DNA of 64,000 nucleotides. Origin: Camelus ferus. Its lineage: Eukaryota. Below are positions 1 through 13,102 of the stretch, one piece after another; positions within the stretch are counted from its first letter, which is position 1; every line of letters starts with the position of its first letter. The position numbers were made by a program, and so were the translations under genes. The notes beneath the pieces were generated by a model, which ran no database searches, was not told the origin of the DNA, and saw only the letters and a program-made list of their open reading frames with translations. The stretch spans positions 74,898,001 through 74,962,000 of the forward strand of contig NC_045697.1 in the NCBI RefSeq assembly GCF_009834535.1. The letters run 5' to 3'.

Positions 1-968
1 AACAGCTCATATAGCTCAATAAAAAAACAGAACCCAATCAGAAAATTGGCAAAAGACCTAAATAGACATTTCTCCAAAGAAGACATATAGATGGCCAAGA
101 GGCACATGAAAAGATAATCAACATTGCTAATTACCAGAGAAATACAAATCAAAACTGCAATGAAGTATCACCTCACACCAGTCAGAATGACCATCATCAA
201 AAAGTCTACGATAGTAAATTCTGGAGAGGGTGTGGAGAAAACAGAACCCTCCTACACTGTTGATGGGAATGTAAGTTGGTGCAGCCACTATGGAGAACAG
301 TATGGCAGGTCCTTAAAAAACTAAAAATAGAGTTACCATATGATGCAGCAATCCCTCTCCTGGGCATATATCCAGAGAAAACTCCAATTAGAAAGATACA
401 TACACCCCAATGTTCATTGCAGCACTATTTACAGTAGCCAAGACATGAAAACAACCTAAATGTCCATTGACAGATGAATGAGTAAAGAAGATGTGGTATA
501 TTACTCGGCTGTTAAAAAGAATGAGTTAATGTTATTTGCAGCAACATGGATGGATTTATAGAATATCATACTAAGTGAAGTAAGAGAAAGACAAATATCA
601 TACAATATCATTTATATATGGAATCTAAAAAATGATACAAATGAACATATTTATAAACCAGAAATAGACTCACAGGTATATAAAACAAACTTATGGTTAC
701 CAAAGGGGAATGGGGTAAGGAAGGGATGAATTTGGAATTTGGAATTAACAGATACACTCTACTATATATAAAACAAATGACAAGGACCTACTATATACCA
801 CAGGGATCTTTCAATTCAGTATCTTTCAATAAACTATAAAATAAAAGAATCTGAAAAAGAATACATATATATATATACATATATATATGTATAACTGAAT
901 CACTTTGCTGTATATCTGAAACATTATAAATCAGCTATTCTTTAATAACAAATAAAAAATTAGAAAAA
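1..968 (+). mobile_element. LINE-1 3' end (ORF2 C-terminus + 3' UTR + A-rich tail), cetartiodactyl/camelid type; runs off window start
   Basis: ORF 124-324 reads [28 protein letters not shown] L1 ORF2 C-terminal sequence with frameshifts. It is followed by a typical 3' UTR (gacctactatataccacaggg...actgaatcactttgctgta) and an A-rich end near 950-968. Confidence 0.95.
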
Positions 969-969
969 A

Positions 970-2800
970 GAAATCACTGGGGAAAAAAAGAAATGACAGA
1001 TATGAAAACACACTATTACCAGAAATGAAATAAATGATATGCAAAAGAAAGAACCTAGCTTGAAAACCATGAGATAGAAAAAAATTTCCTATAGGTGTTT
1101 TATTTTTATGGAAGGATACAATAAAGAACATAGATTCAATAAAACAGAGACTTAAAAATAAAATGAGAAAACACAAACTAGGATAAAAATGGAGATTACT
1201 AAAAGACAGGAAAATAATTGAGGGTCAAAATAATACTGTTATATAATTAAGAAACAAGTTAGAAATAGCAGACACAGCTAACTCTAAATAATTACATAGA
1301 AGAAAGTTTCAATATAATCACAGGACATATGGATGAAAAAGAAATTTAAAACAACTAGAAAAAAAGACAAAAAGAGAAATAGGACAAAGACTGTTCAACA
1401 CTAGAAAGATTGGTGCACTTGATTAGGTAATTCAATAAAGTGGACAGAAGAAATATGTAAAGCTATAATTGATGATAAATTCTCTAAAATAAAGGAAAAA
1501 AATCAATCTACAGATATAAGGATATCTCATGTGTTCCAGAGAAAGATACTGATACATCTTGGTTAAATTACTAAGTCCTAAGGCTAAGGAGTGATTTCTT
1601 AGTTATCCTGACATTTAAAGACTGAGTTTAAATTTCTTTACAGTAATACTCAATACCAAAAGACCAAAAGACAACAAATTAATATCTATCAAGTATTGTG
1701 GGAAAGTATTTCTAAAGAATATTATATAGAGTCCATGTTGTCATGCAAATGTAAAAGTGACTGGCAGATACTCCTAAATAGGGAAAACTCAAGGAGTAGA
1801 GCATTTAGAAACCTTCTTGAAAACAGAAATACTGATGAAATCCAGGCAACCAGGGTGAATGGAGTAAGTCATGGTTTGACTAGTGCAAAATTCAGTGCTA
1901 GGTTACAGTGAAGCAATAATTATACAATGGTTATGATGGGAGAATTTTAACCAGACCCAAGAATTTTATACCAAGCCAAGTTGTCTTCTGAGGATACAGG
2001 CAAGAGGAAAACATCTCAGGCAGGCACAAAGAATATAGCACATTTGAGCTTTTCTTGAAAAAATTCTCTTGATGATGAAATCCAATGAAGAGGTAAGTTG
2101 AAACAAAGGACTCAGGCTTAAAGAAGTAGTGGTTTAAAACAAAAGACTAAATAACAGTAACAGCAAATATAACAAACCAAAGCGAAAACAACACAAAACT
2201 GGTGAAAGACTTGAGTTCTTTTAAATATAGAACACATTTTTGCTTAGAAAATGGAGAATTATAGTTTAAGATCAGAATATAAGTTATAAACCTTGAAAAT
2301 ACAAAATAAATGGTATGTCTTTCAGAAGAGAATGGAGGAGGGAAGATGGAAAAATTATGGATTTTTTTTTAATCTTGTAAAACATGGAGTCAATTGATAA
2401 TATTACAAAGCAAAAAAAATAAACTTAATGACTTCAATTTCTTAATAGTTTTTATGATTTTGTTTCTTAATCTCTGAGGCCTCTTTCAGGAACTATCTAT
2501 TGGTTGCAGAATATTTGAAGTTCAGTCATCCCCCTATTTTCCTTTCAGCTCTTAATTCTGTTACATTTACAGTTAAATTCAGTATTTTTATTTTAGAATA
2601 GAAAACAGAGTGTAAATTGTCAAAGATTATTTTGCTGGCCTATGTATTTTTTTGTATGCATATAGTCTTCTATCTGTATGCATGTGTAGAGAAATGCCAA
2701 AATAATACTCAGTTATTATTAAGGATGATTATTTATGTAAAGGTGAATTTGGTATGATTTATGCCTCTTTTATTAGAAATCTTCTGCATTATATAACTAT
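970..2800 (+). mobile_element. Ancient L1 ORF1-only element (HAL1-like), degenerate
   Basis: A-rich ORF1-like blocks: ataattgatgataaattctctaaaataaag (~1465), ctacagatataagg...catgtgttccag (~1510-1540) and ccaagaattttataccaagccaagttgtct (PRILYQAKLS, ~1957). No ORF2 follows. Confidence 0.55.
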
Positions 2801-2849
2801 ATTGCCACTACTACTACTTAAAAATAATAAAAACAACCAACTCTTTCTG

Positions 2850-3020
2850 AGCAATTGTTAGAAGCCAGTGCTTTTCTTAGTACTACACGATTAACTCTAT
2901 CAGTCATCAAAATAACTTATTATCTCTGTTTTCTGGATGAGGAGACTGAAAAAGAAAAAGTGAATGAATTTATTTTCTCAGAGTCCTCCAATTAGTTAAT
3001 AGTAAAGCCAGGATGACTTG
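2850..3020 (-). mobile_element. MIR SINE fragment
   Basis: tattatctctgttttctggatgaggagactga resembles the antisense MIR core. Confidence 0.55.
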
Positions 3021-3899
3021 ATATCATTAAAATTAACATTTATAATATTTTACTAAAATAACTAAAGAATTATTGTAGAACTCTTAGAACATTTGAATGC
3101 ATTGAATATGTGAAATTAAATCTTTCAATATAACTTCTTTATGTTACTGCAGCTCTGCTTGTATGATCTTTATCTCTGAAGAGTAAGTTCTTAAAAAAAA
3201 TAAACTACCTAGGCCAAGAATAAAATGGGATTTTTTCATAACTCATCCCATTCTTTTTCTTCCTTTCTCAGAATGTAACTAATACTAACTTCCTCCATCT
3301 TCTACTGGTAAAAAAGTGTTCTGAGGCATTAGAATTATCTACATGACACATTTGCAGAAAAATCAGGGAGTAATTAATTTTACAGTCCAAGTGAGGACAT
3401 TTTCATATAGTGTGCTGAGCTATACAATGCCAGAGGCATCGAGCCCTCAACTGTTTGATACTCAAGTGCAACATCTGGGAACTAGGTACAAAATGAGGTT
3501 GAAACATTTGTTCTCTTTCTAGGAGTCAAGAATTCTTCCAGCATGCCTTTAGGGCTAAATTTTCCAATTTCTACCTACTGTAAACCTCATTCAAAAGTTC
3601 AAGAGGATACCACAACTCTGTGTTACTTGGCATGCAGCCCTTGACTCTATTATCCAGATCCATGACTCAAGACTGAACAACAAGACCAGCGGGCCAATAT
3701 CTAATTTTGATACTCAAAGTTATCTGCCACTGCGTGCTTCAGATTGCGCTATGACACCTCTACACAGATGTTTCTGTTGTCGAAAGACCTCTCTCATCCA
3801 TGTCTGCTTAAAATCCAACAATAAGAGCTTAAGGGATTCAAGAAAGGAAACTTGGTGCCACATGACACTCAAGCAAATCTGATGAAGAAAAGTTGGTAA

Positions 3900-4848
3900 G
3901 AACCGTAGTGACACCTCCTAGGTGCTGCTTCAGATTCTCTGTTTGCCTGTCTTTGGAGCTCTTGACTCTTTGCTCTGGCTGCTGCCGTGAAGACCCACCC
4001 ACTCCCTATGCAAGTCTAGGCAGTCCATTATCTGACCTGTTGAATGCAAACCAGAAACCCCCATGGACAAACATTGACCAATGAAAGATGGTGGAAGCAG
4101 ACAGATAAAGTCCTGCTCCATTTCCTCTTCTTTGTCTATTTTGGGGCATGGTGTTTCTTTACAGCCTGCCTGTAGATGTTGTAAGCGTCAGCTGAAATAA
4201 ATGTACAGCCTAAAAGTTGAGAGGTTTGTTTAATTTGGCGGGAGGACTCGAGCTGGGATGACAGCCTCTCAGATCACTCTGAAGGACTGCTCTGAAGAGA
4301 TAGAGGAGGAGCTAGGGTATATAGGAGCTTTACAACAAAGACCAGGTAGATCGAACATTAAAAGATTACTTGTTAACTAAAGAAAACCAGACATCTCAAG
4401 TTAAATAATTTAGCACTTTTCTATGTATGGGAGGGAGCAAACATTTGGGCTCATTGAATTCATTCCTTTGACAAGCACCTAGCTATCTAGGGCCAGTATC
4501 CTGTCCTTTCTTATTCTGAGTCCCCTCAGAGTGCACCATTGTGAGTGGCTGCAGAGGCTGGGCTGCAGGCTTGTCTTCACTGGGGGGTGGCAGCAGCAGC
4601 TGATGACTTGATGGCTTCAGCATTCTTTGTTTACTGATATGGTTCGCAGTATGTTTCGTTCATATAAGTAACAGAGGGAAGATTGTGTCTCTTCGTGAAG
4701 AAAAGACCTCTGAGTAATTCACCACCTCTTCATTTCTCATTCTTCTTTGCCTTATTTTCCTTTTAGCTACTCTGGCATTGCTCATCAAAGCATCAGTACT
4801 CAAGCTCTGGCTCAGGCTCTGTGTTCTAGGCAACCTGGGCTAAGGAGA
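3900..4848 (+). mobile_element. Old ERVL-class LTR (LTR16/LTR33-like), split by a younger LTR at 4186-4664
   Basis: Ends in ctcaggctctgtgttctaggcaacctgggctaag, typical of LTR16/33 termini. Internal gaccaatgaaagatggtggaagcagacagataaa. Confidence 0.5.
4186..4664 (-). mobile_element. Solo ERV1-class LTR (MER41-like cetartiodactyl family)
   Basis: 479 bp flanked by a 4-bp TSD TAAG (4182-4185, 4665-4668). Termini are each one change from TG...CA. The block cagacatctcaagttaa..tttagcacttttctatgtatggga is homologous to 49675-49720 in this window. Confidence 0.8.
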
Positions 4849-4959
4849 TGCTCCAAAGTAGATTTTTAGAGCTGAATTATGGGTAAGATTTGTGTTTTTC
4901 TTATTTTCTCTACATGTCTTTTGTGTTCAGTAACAGAGAAGGGAAGGAAGGTAAGAGAG

Positions 4960-5185
4960 AACCAGTGTTTAGCCAGTATTGTTTTGGGTTAGTTACTCTG
5001 CTAGTTGTTTTATGTACTCATAACAAAGTCATAGTTTACATAATTTGATCCCTATTTTACAAATGAGGAAAATGATGCCCAGAAAGTTTTATGCAATGTG
5101 TTTAAAGTCATACATCTAGTAAGTGAAAGCATTGCGATTGAAAGCCAGATTTATTTGCATACAAAAGCACATGTTTTTCTCTTTA
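4960..5185 (-). mobile_element. MIR SINE
   Basis: cctattttacaaatgaggaaaatgatgcccagaaagtt..., antisense MIR core. Confidence 0.55.
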
Positions 5186-6704
5186 ACAGTCAATCTGTTT
5201 AAATCAGTAATAGAATATGATGTGTAAGACAGGATTTTTAAGTTGCTTATTAGCATAAATAGTAAGTGACAAAATAATATATCTGATCTATCAAGAGTCA
5301 TGGAGGATTTACAAGGCAAACATGGTTATCTTCTGGATGCCACCCTGCTTGAACTTAATGCTACTCTCAGTCTTTATAAGATGAAAGAGTTTCTACTAAA
5401 AATTATAGAGGTGAACTAATATGACCTCTGGTTGCTATAACTGATGCACAAAACCCCATGTATTTATGCTCCAGCATGTAGCTTTGCCAACACAATCTTG
5501 ACATCTGCCACAGAGGTATTTTTTCCCAAAATGTGTTGACAACAGCAGTGACTATAGAGTTATTTGTCATGTTTTTGGTGGTGGTGTTTTGGTATTATCT
5601 CCAAAGCAGAAAATAAATAAGTTCTAGTATTCTTCCGTGGTGAGAAGTCACCTTATATTATACTATATATTATTTTAATACAGATTAATCCTGAAGAAAA
5701 AATCTCTTTTGGTGTGTAAGGGGTTATATGCACTGAGTGCACTGGGTATTATGCCTCACAGGAGTTCCCTAGTTCACTGTTAATATATATAACTTTGTTT
5801 GACTTCCTGTTACTGTTTGGTCATTTGGGGTCTCATGTTTTTTTACTGTAGCATTTTAAGAGGGTGTAGATCTGATTAAACAACTCTGGCTCTATTCATC
5901 ATTTACCCTTTTCCTTTCTGAAGTCAATGAGGGTCTAAGGGTTAATTTAAGTAGTGCATAATGCCCTATAATTTTTTCCTGGAATATATTGTCTTGTTTA
6001 TGAACTTAGATTCAAAAGAGTAAAAGCGCCTAGAACTTCTTCTCAACAGTCCTTGTGGAAGGTGCAAAGTCATAAATTAACAATAAGCACGCTCTAGAGA
6101 AATACTGCAATCATGCAGGGGATTTCCATGTTATATTATCTGTCCTTCCTTGGCCAGCTCTTGCAAAATTAGTCTTTGTGAGAAAGATTAACAGATGTAG
6201 TTGAATGAATCCTTCTTTTGGAATAGTATGGGATTAGGATCAGCCCTTTCACTTAGAATGTTCTGTGTGACATTTTACTTTTCTCTTTGGAAAGTGAAAT
6301 AACTTATATTGAGCTCACACTCACAATGATTCATCATCCTTTTGTAAAATTATGGAATTTAGGAGAAGTTGTGAATTATTGAGAAAGCTTAGAAAAGGGG
6401 TACCAAAAGTTGTGAGTATGACATCAGTAGTTCACATTCTTCAGAAAAAGGAGTTATTACAGAGGAATATGATTTAAGATGTTTTACCTCTCAAAACTAT
6501 TGCTGAATTTCAGCACTTAATGGACCTTTATGATATCTTGCATTCCTGATTAGATTATAACCTAATCCTCCAATGCCAATTTTTGAAATGGTGAGTCAAA
6601 AGGCAGCTTTAGTGTGTACCCTGAGACCTACACTCTCACCCTGATTTTCAAGGATCTAGGAGAAAAATATAGGGAGGTTACATGTGGAATATATAAAACA
6701 AGCC

Positions 6705-6735
6705 TGTGTGTGTGTGTATGTGTGTGTATGTGTGT

Positions 6736-6770
<35 letters not shown>
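6705..6770. repeat. (TG)n microsatellite with TA interruptions
   Basis: Directly visible, about 33 dinucleotide units. Confidence 0.97.
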
Positions 6771-6772
<2 letters not shown>

Positions 6773-7299
6773 CTGCCTTCTATTGCATGCAGTGCAGCTC
6801 TCTACTTGTCTCCTTAACTACCCCCCTGTGATACAGGTGTCAAATCACACTCAATACTAGATGTTCCTGGACCGAATCCTTAAAAGTTTGCTTGTTTCCT
6901 GCCCAAACACTGCTCATAACCCCTCACTTGACTCTGCAACCGCCTATAAAATATAAGCCATGTAATTATTTTAAAAGATGTTTTTCCCTTTGTATTATAA
7001 GTAAATATGTTAATGCAAATATGGTGGGATATGATTATTTGAAGTTTTATGAAGTCTACTTGCAGTTCTCTGTACTTACTTTTTCTTTCACCACTTAGCA
7101 TTTCATACAGTCAGAGTGAGAAACACCGAGCAGAAAAACAGAACAAAGAAAAAATATCTTTTAATTTCCCCAACCATAGCTTTGAATTGCAAAACTTTGT
7201 TTCTAAAAAACTTAGGAAATATAAAATCCATGATGCTGTAAAAGAAAATCTTCTTTTTATGTACACTGAAAAATGTCCCCAGAACAAGTAGGAGAGATG

Positions 7300-7890
7300 G
7301 GAGAATAAATCATTTTCCGCTGACAAATCCCAAAAAAAGAGTTCGCTATATGCCAGGGGGAGGAGAAAGGTATCATAGACCCTCAGATAAGTTGGAGTAA
7401 CTGAGAGCAGAAGGGTCCTATTTGATCACCTTCCCCAAAGTGTTCCACGTAGGGCCTGGGAAAGTAGAAATCCTCTGGAGGGTGTCTGAATGATTTTTCC
7501 AAGTTAGCCTCACAATTACCTAAGACTCAGAGCAGATGGGAGCAGTAGAATGTTTCCCACGTGAGAAAGATGTCCAGCAGTGACCAAAACAAGTCAGTTA
7601 TGGGAGAAAAGATGGGAATGCATATTCCATAACAGATGAGATGTCAGTATGAGTATTTGGTATATCCAGTGATCAGCTGTATAATCCCCCAATCCACACT
7701 GTGACACAGTGGACTCAACTTTCTGGGTAAGTCCAGAGGGAGGTTAGGGAAGACTGAGATTAACTCCTCAGACTTTTGTGGAATATGATTCAAAAGAAAA
7801 AACAAATTTGGTTATAGGAAAGAAAATGTAAATTTCTTCATTTATTTCACACTAGTATTTATGGAATGCAATTTGCATCCATTTCCCTAT
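7300..7890 (+). mobile_element. Possible very old LTR (MamGypLTR/LTR8x-like)
   Basis: Purine-rich body ending aagactgagattaactcc...ttggttataggaaag...tttcttcatttatttcacac...ttgcatccatttccctat, reminiscent of mammalian Gypsy-like LTR 3' ends. Recall only. Confidence 0.3.
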
Positions 7891-8274
7891 CCTCCCCTGC
7901 CCTCCCCACAAATTCTACTTCTTAGGATGCTAGACATCCTGGCCTCCTGACATCTTCTCCTCCCTTCAGGTCCTCTTGGCTGAGCATTTTCCAAGGCTCA
8001 GGCTCCCTGGGTGAGGAACAGTGCAGACAGATCCCTTGGCCTATATGGCAGGCTTCTCAGCCATCCCATGATGTTTACAGTCAGTTTAAAATAAACTGGC
8101 ATTTAATATATGAAAAAAGTTCAGAGGAAGGGAATAGTCACTAGGTTATTCTCAGTGTTGTGCAAATGTTAAAGACTACTAGCTGTTTAACAAATATTTC
8201 TCAAAAAACCCCCAAAAGTTCATATAGCATATGCCAGTATCTATGGGGTGATTTCTAGCTAGCAACTTAGGATG

Positions 8275-8445
8275 TAGGTAGTAGATGTAGATGGGTCTAT
8301 ATATGGGCAGTTGAATGGATGGATGGATGATAGGTGGGTGAGTAAATGCATGAGTGGATAGATGGATGTGTAGATGGATACCTGAAGAGTTGGATGAGTG
8401 GAAAGGTGCATGGAAGGAGAGGTGGGCAGATGGATGGATGGTTGG
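8275..8445. repeat. Degenerate (TGGA)n/(GGAT)n low-complexity repeat
   Basis: tggatggatggatgataggtgggtgagtaaatgcatgagtggatagatggatg...; this explains ORF 8259-8480. Confidence 0.75.
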
Positions 8446-8489
8446 GCTGTTGAATAATTGAAGTAAGAATCCCTAGACACTGTTCTTAA

Positions 8490-8612
8490 AGAACTGGTGA
8501 GTTGGCTGATTTTAAGCTACCAACTATTAATGAATGTGAAAATGGGAAAGAGATGCACAAAATCATCTCTCACAAGTTGGTACCTGCCAGTTCCAGCCAA
8601 TCATTGGCAACT
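8490..8612. mobile_element. Possible hAT-Tip100 (MER63/Arthur-like) terminal fragment
   Basis: gggaaagagatgcac...tcacaagttggtacctgccagttccagccaatcattg resembles the ...ccagctccagcacaccactg terminus of this group. Confidence 0.3.
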
Positions 8613-9169
8613 GTCTGTATGTACATGGGAAAGATACCTTCTCTTCTCAGTGACTTACAGGTCCAAATGTGGAGCTCTGCTAGTTCACTGATGGGTGTAG
8701 ACTATTTCTGAAGCAAAGGAAGAATCTAAAGAGTTATTTTTTAACAGGAATAATATCCTTGCAAGGAGTTGCTTTTCAGACATAGTCTATCTCATCTGGA
8801 GGATGACTATGAATTTTATATTCCTTGACCCTCATTGCTCAGAACCATATTCAATAATAGCATTTTATTGGCAGATTTCAGGAAGAACAAGTGAAGAAAA
8901 TTAATTTAGACAGGGTTTATATTTAGGATCAACATAACTGGAACATGCACAGAAATCACAAAGGTCAGTACAAAAGTACAGGCAATGGGAGCAGCTGAAG
9001 TTGAAGCTATTGCTGTATATCCAGTGCTTAAGGGAAAAATTGTATAGATTCTGTTCCAAGATATTTAAGTTCTATGCTTACCTAGAGTTTATATTTATTA
9101 GGTTGTTTAATTAGAACCTAGAGGCAATACAAGATACTTTTTAGGCTTTATTTTATTATGTTTATTGTA

Positions 9170-9320
9170 TACTTTTTGCCACTTTTCTAAGTGTATTAAA
9201 TGTGTTACTTAAGCAATTATTGGGACAATTTGAGACAGGCGTTATTATGACCATCTCCATATTTTAGATGAGAAACTAAGGCTTAGTGAGGGTAAGTAAC
9301 TTGCTCAAGGATCACATCTT
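9170..9320 (-). mobile_element. MIR SINE
   Basis: ctccatattttagatgagaaactaaggcttagtgagggtaagtaacttgctcaaggatcaca is a clear antisense MIR core. Confidence 0.8.
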
Positions 9321-11309
9321 TCTGCTCTCTGTTGGATGATAGGAACAACTCCTCACTGATAGAAATAATGGTGTTTATCCAGTTTTCTTTGGAAGATAGT
9401 TTCATAGAATGAGTTCCTGATCATCAATTTACTATATTTTTCCTTGGTACATAGTGAGGTGATCAGTAAATATTTATTGGATAAGTGAGTTAATCCCTTG
9501 CTTTATTTATTCTGGCTTTGCCCGTTTTGATTATTTGAAACAATCCTTATAGTTTATCATCTTGTTGTTTTCCTTGCTGATCCATTGAACAGTAGTTTTA
9601 TCAACATTTACCAAAAAAATCAGTGAAATTTTATCCTCAGCACTTGCACAGTAAGTTTAAAGTAAAAACAGACAAACTAAAAAGTTTTATTTTTAACCAT
9701 TTTCCACCATAATTGGATTCTATAGATTACTTATAGAAATGTGGTTTTTAATTAATACAGCTTTGGGTGTGGGATGTTTTGATGAGAGTATATAGCAGCT
9801 TGAAAGAAGATGATAAAAACTGAATGAAGTGAGAAAAGGCAAATAGAATCTTTATGCTTAGTGACCCCAAAATATTTAATATTCTCAATTTCTATGACTT
9901 CTGTAAAGTCACAACATTAAAGAATTATTTTTGTTCCCAATGAGGTTAATTCAATTAGAGGGAAAATTAAATATTACAGGAGAAAAAATTTCATACCATC
10001 TGAAAAGTGGATTATGTATGAGTTACTTAGAGAGAAGTGACTCCCACACCCAATTCATAGTGATCCATTCATGTTGACCACATGAACCACAGTCAGCTCA
10101 TGCAGTCTACCGTGAAGAGCTTGATGAGCACTGATTTTAGAATATGGCCACCACTCGCCAGAATAGGAATCATGCTATAATATCCAAATTGCGTCCTAAA
10201 GTCTGTGTCACCATGTCTCCCTTTTCTCATACATTGATGCAACTGACCAGTCAACAGGGTTTACTCCTTTATTTCCTTTCTAACTGTTCTTCTAAAATAA
10301 GGTCTATCATAAATTTAAAGCTAAGTTCAAACAAAATCTTAAAAACATAAAATGGGGTCAAATGTGAGTAATCTCAGCACAGTTTCTAGTTATTGCTCTT
10401 CGCATCCCTTTGTAGTTCTCTGTCCCTAATCAAACAGCACTCACCCCTCCTCTGCTCTCCCACCCTTTTCCCTATCCACTGTGTGACTGCAGACTTGGAA
10501 AGGATGCTTTATGTGATGATACATTATTTTGGTCTTTGCCTGGAACTCTGTGATCTTGTCCAGTGAGCTCATTCCTGTTAGCAAACCATCTTCACTCTCA
10601 TATATCCAGAATAGAAGTTTTGGATCTGGTGTATGATTAACTACTGGTGCTCTTTGCATAAATGTTTTATTTGTGCTGACATGTCTTGTCATTTGTGTGA
10701 AAGCCGTTGCTGCCCTAGTGACTAAATTGTTGGGGATATAAATTATAAAAGACTAATTCAAACAGTGAAATAAATGGCTCTTTAATTATTTTCAAATGGG
10801 AAAAAGTGCCATCAGATGTTTAATGTTTCAAATGAAAGTTACATAGCACCATCAATGATTTATTTTATGGAGTGACTGATGCCAAGGTAACTGCAACATG
10901 CAGCTTTAATTTCGTCACCCTGTCTTTCATGGAGTCATGTCAACATAGCATCATTCATGTCAGTTACACAACTTAACAAAATATATGGGAAAATGCTTTC
11001 ATAAGTCGTTTTGGCAGTAAATTAACAGACTATTGAGTCTATAATTTTATGGTAAATACTTATTTTCCAAGTTGGTTTGAAAGGTAACTATCCCTTCAAA
11101 TTTGAATTGATATAGAGAAGGGGAAACATTCGTCTCAGGCCCAGAAGACACTTTTTAAGGTGAATATGGGAATTATCCTCAGTAAGAAATAATAATTTGT
11201 GAACCTGCTAACGGAAGGAAGTTAGAAATCCCCAAAATGGGAATCCATACTCTTTTATTTCCCCACTAATCAGATAACAATACCTTGTGTATATGTATGC
11301 ACGGTGATT

Positions 11310-11520
11310 TGTTGTTTAAAAACCACTTTATGTGCACATTGCCTCATTAAATATACACAATGATTATAATATAGTTGTTTATCATTTCTATTTCTCAGGC
11401 AAGAAAACTGAGACTTTTGAAAACTGATTTTTCAAGGTCACAAAATTAGAATCAGAATCAGAACACAACTTTGTATTCTGTGACTCAAAGTTTAAATCTC
11501 TTCTTACTGCCTCTTGGCTT
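11310..11520 (-). mobile_element. MIR SINE
   Basis: tttctcaggcaagaaaactgagact...tttttcaaggtcacaaaattag...ttctgtgactcaaa. Confidence 0.6.
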
Positions 11521-12709
11521 CTTTAATTGACTGTATGATCACATATACTAGGAGCTTAGTGGAGACATATCAATCATTTCGGCTGTCTAGCTGATATATA
11601 TGGATAATTATCTGATCCAGTTACATACCAAAATTTACCTCAATCACAAAACAGTAAACATAAATACTTAAAAAAATTACCTAGCTTTCTTGACATGGTC
11701 ACTGCCAGTATTGAGTTATATATTACATTGGATATTTATTTTCTGGTACTGTGGTCATACATGAAGTACTAATAAGTATTAGGGAGATCTGTGAGGGGAG
11801 GGTTGTGGCTTATTGTCCTTTCCTGGACCAAAGAGAATTTTGAAGTCTAAGAGTTTATTTCAGTGAAGATGAAACTAATATAGGCCGAATGAATAACTTA
11901 ATCCAAGACTGAAAATTGGCCCAATTATAATTGGAAATTTTGTCTTTTATTTCTTGTTCAATATCCCATTCCCTATTCAAATGAGTCAGTGTAAGTATTT
12001 TATTGATCTACCGCTGAGCTATACCCTCCCTCACAATGTACCAGAAGCTTTAAAAGCTTTATGATGTCTGTGTTAGTACTGTCGTTTGATCTTGCCAGAC
12101 TTAAGATTTTGTTTAAGTTCAAAACACTGAAATATTAGATATAGGTCATTCTTATACTTGGGCTCACCATACACTCTCATTCCATTTATTCTTGTTGCTG
12201 GTAAATAGTGGTGGTTCCTTTTTTGTGTGAGTTCTGTTTTGAAAGGCAATCAAAATGAAGAGAGCTGGAAAAAATGGTTTAAAGTGTCTGTATATGTAAA
12301 ACATTTTAAAATACCTTTATTCAGGTCCAGTTGACATATGATCAATTGCACATATTTAAAGTATACAACATGAGATGTTTTCACAACTGTATAAACTCAT
12401 AAAACCACCACTGCAATCACAACAATGAATATATCTATCATCCTGAAAGTTCTTTGTGCCCCTTTTCATTCCCTGCCTCCTGCTCCTTTGTGCCCCATTC
12501 CCTTCTGTGGGTAGTTCTAATGTCGATCACTACAGAGCAGTTAACATGTTTTTGAAGTTGATGTGAATGGAATCAAAAAACATGCACTCTCCTTTGCCTT
12601 GCTTTTTTTTACTCAGCTCAACATTGGAGATATCAATTTTGTGTGTATCAGCAGTTCATTTAATAATAAGTGAGTTTATACAAGATCAAGATGCAAAGAA
12701 TGGTTGTTT

Positions 12710-12788
12710 ATGTGTGTGTGTATATATATAGTATATATAGTATATATATATGTGTGTGTGTGTATGTATGTGTGTGTATATATATATG
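12710..12788. repeat. Compound (TG)n/(TA)n microsatellite
   Basis: Directly visible. Confidence 0.9.
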
Positions 12789-13102
12789 CAGCAAATAATC
12801 ATTGCTGAGCAGTACTTCAACATGTAGTTATACCACATTGTGATATATCTGTTGATAACATTTTGGTTGTTTTTATTTTTTAGCTATTACAAATAAAATT
12901 ACTATAAACTTCATGTATAACTATTTGTATGGATACTTGCTTTCATTCTCCTGAAATACCTAGAAATGACTTGTGTACACATACACAGAAAGATTTTTTT
13001 ACTTTTTAAAACACAGCCATACTTTTCCCAAAGTGATAGTACCATTTTATATCCTTACCAGCTGTAAGAGTTTAAGTTGTTTCTCACCTTTTTCAACACT
13101 TA

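Noticed and set aside
124..324. 66-aa ORF
   Set aside because: Frameshifted L1 ORF2 C-terminus, not a gene.
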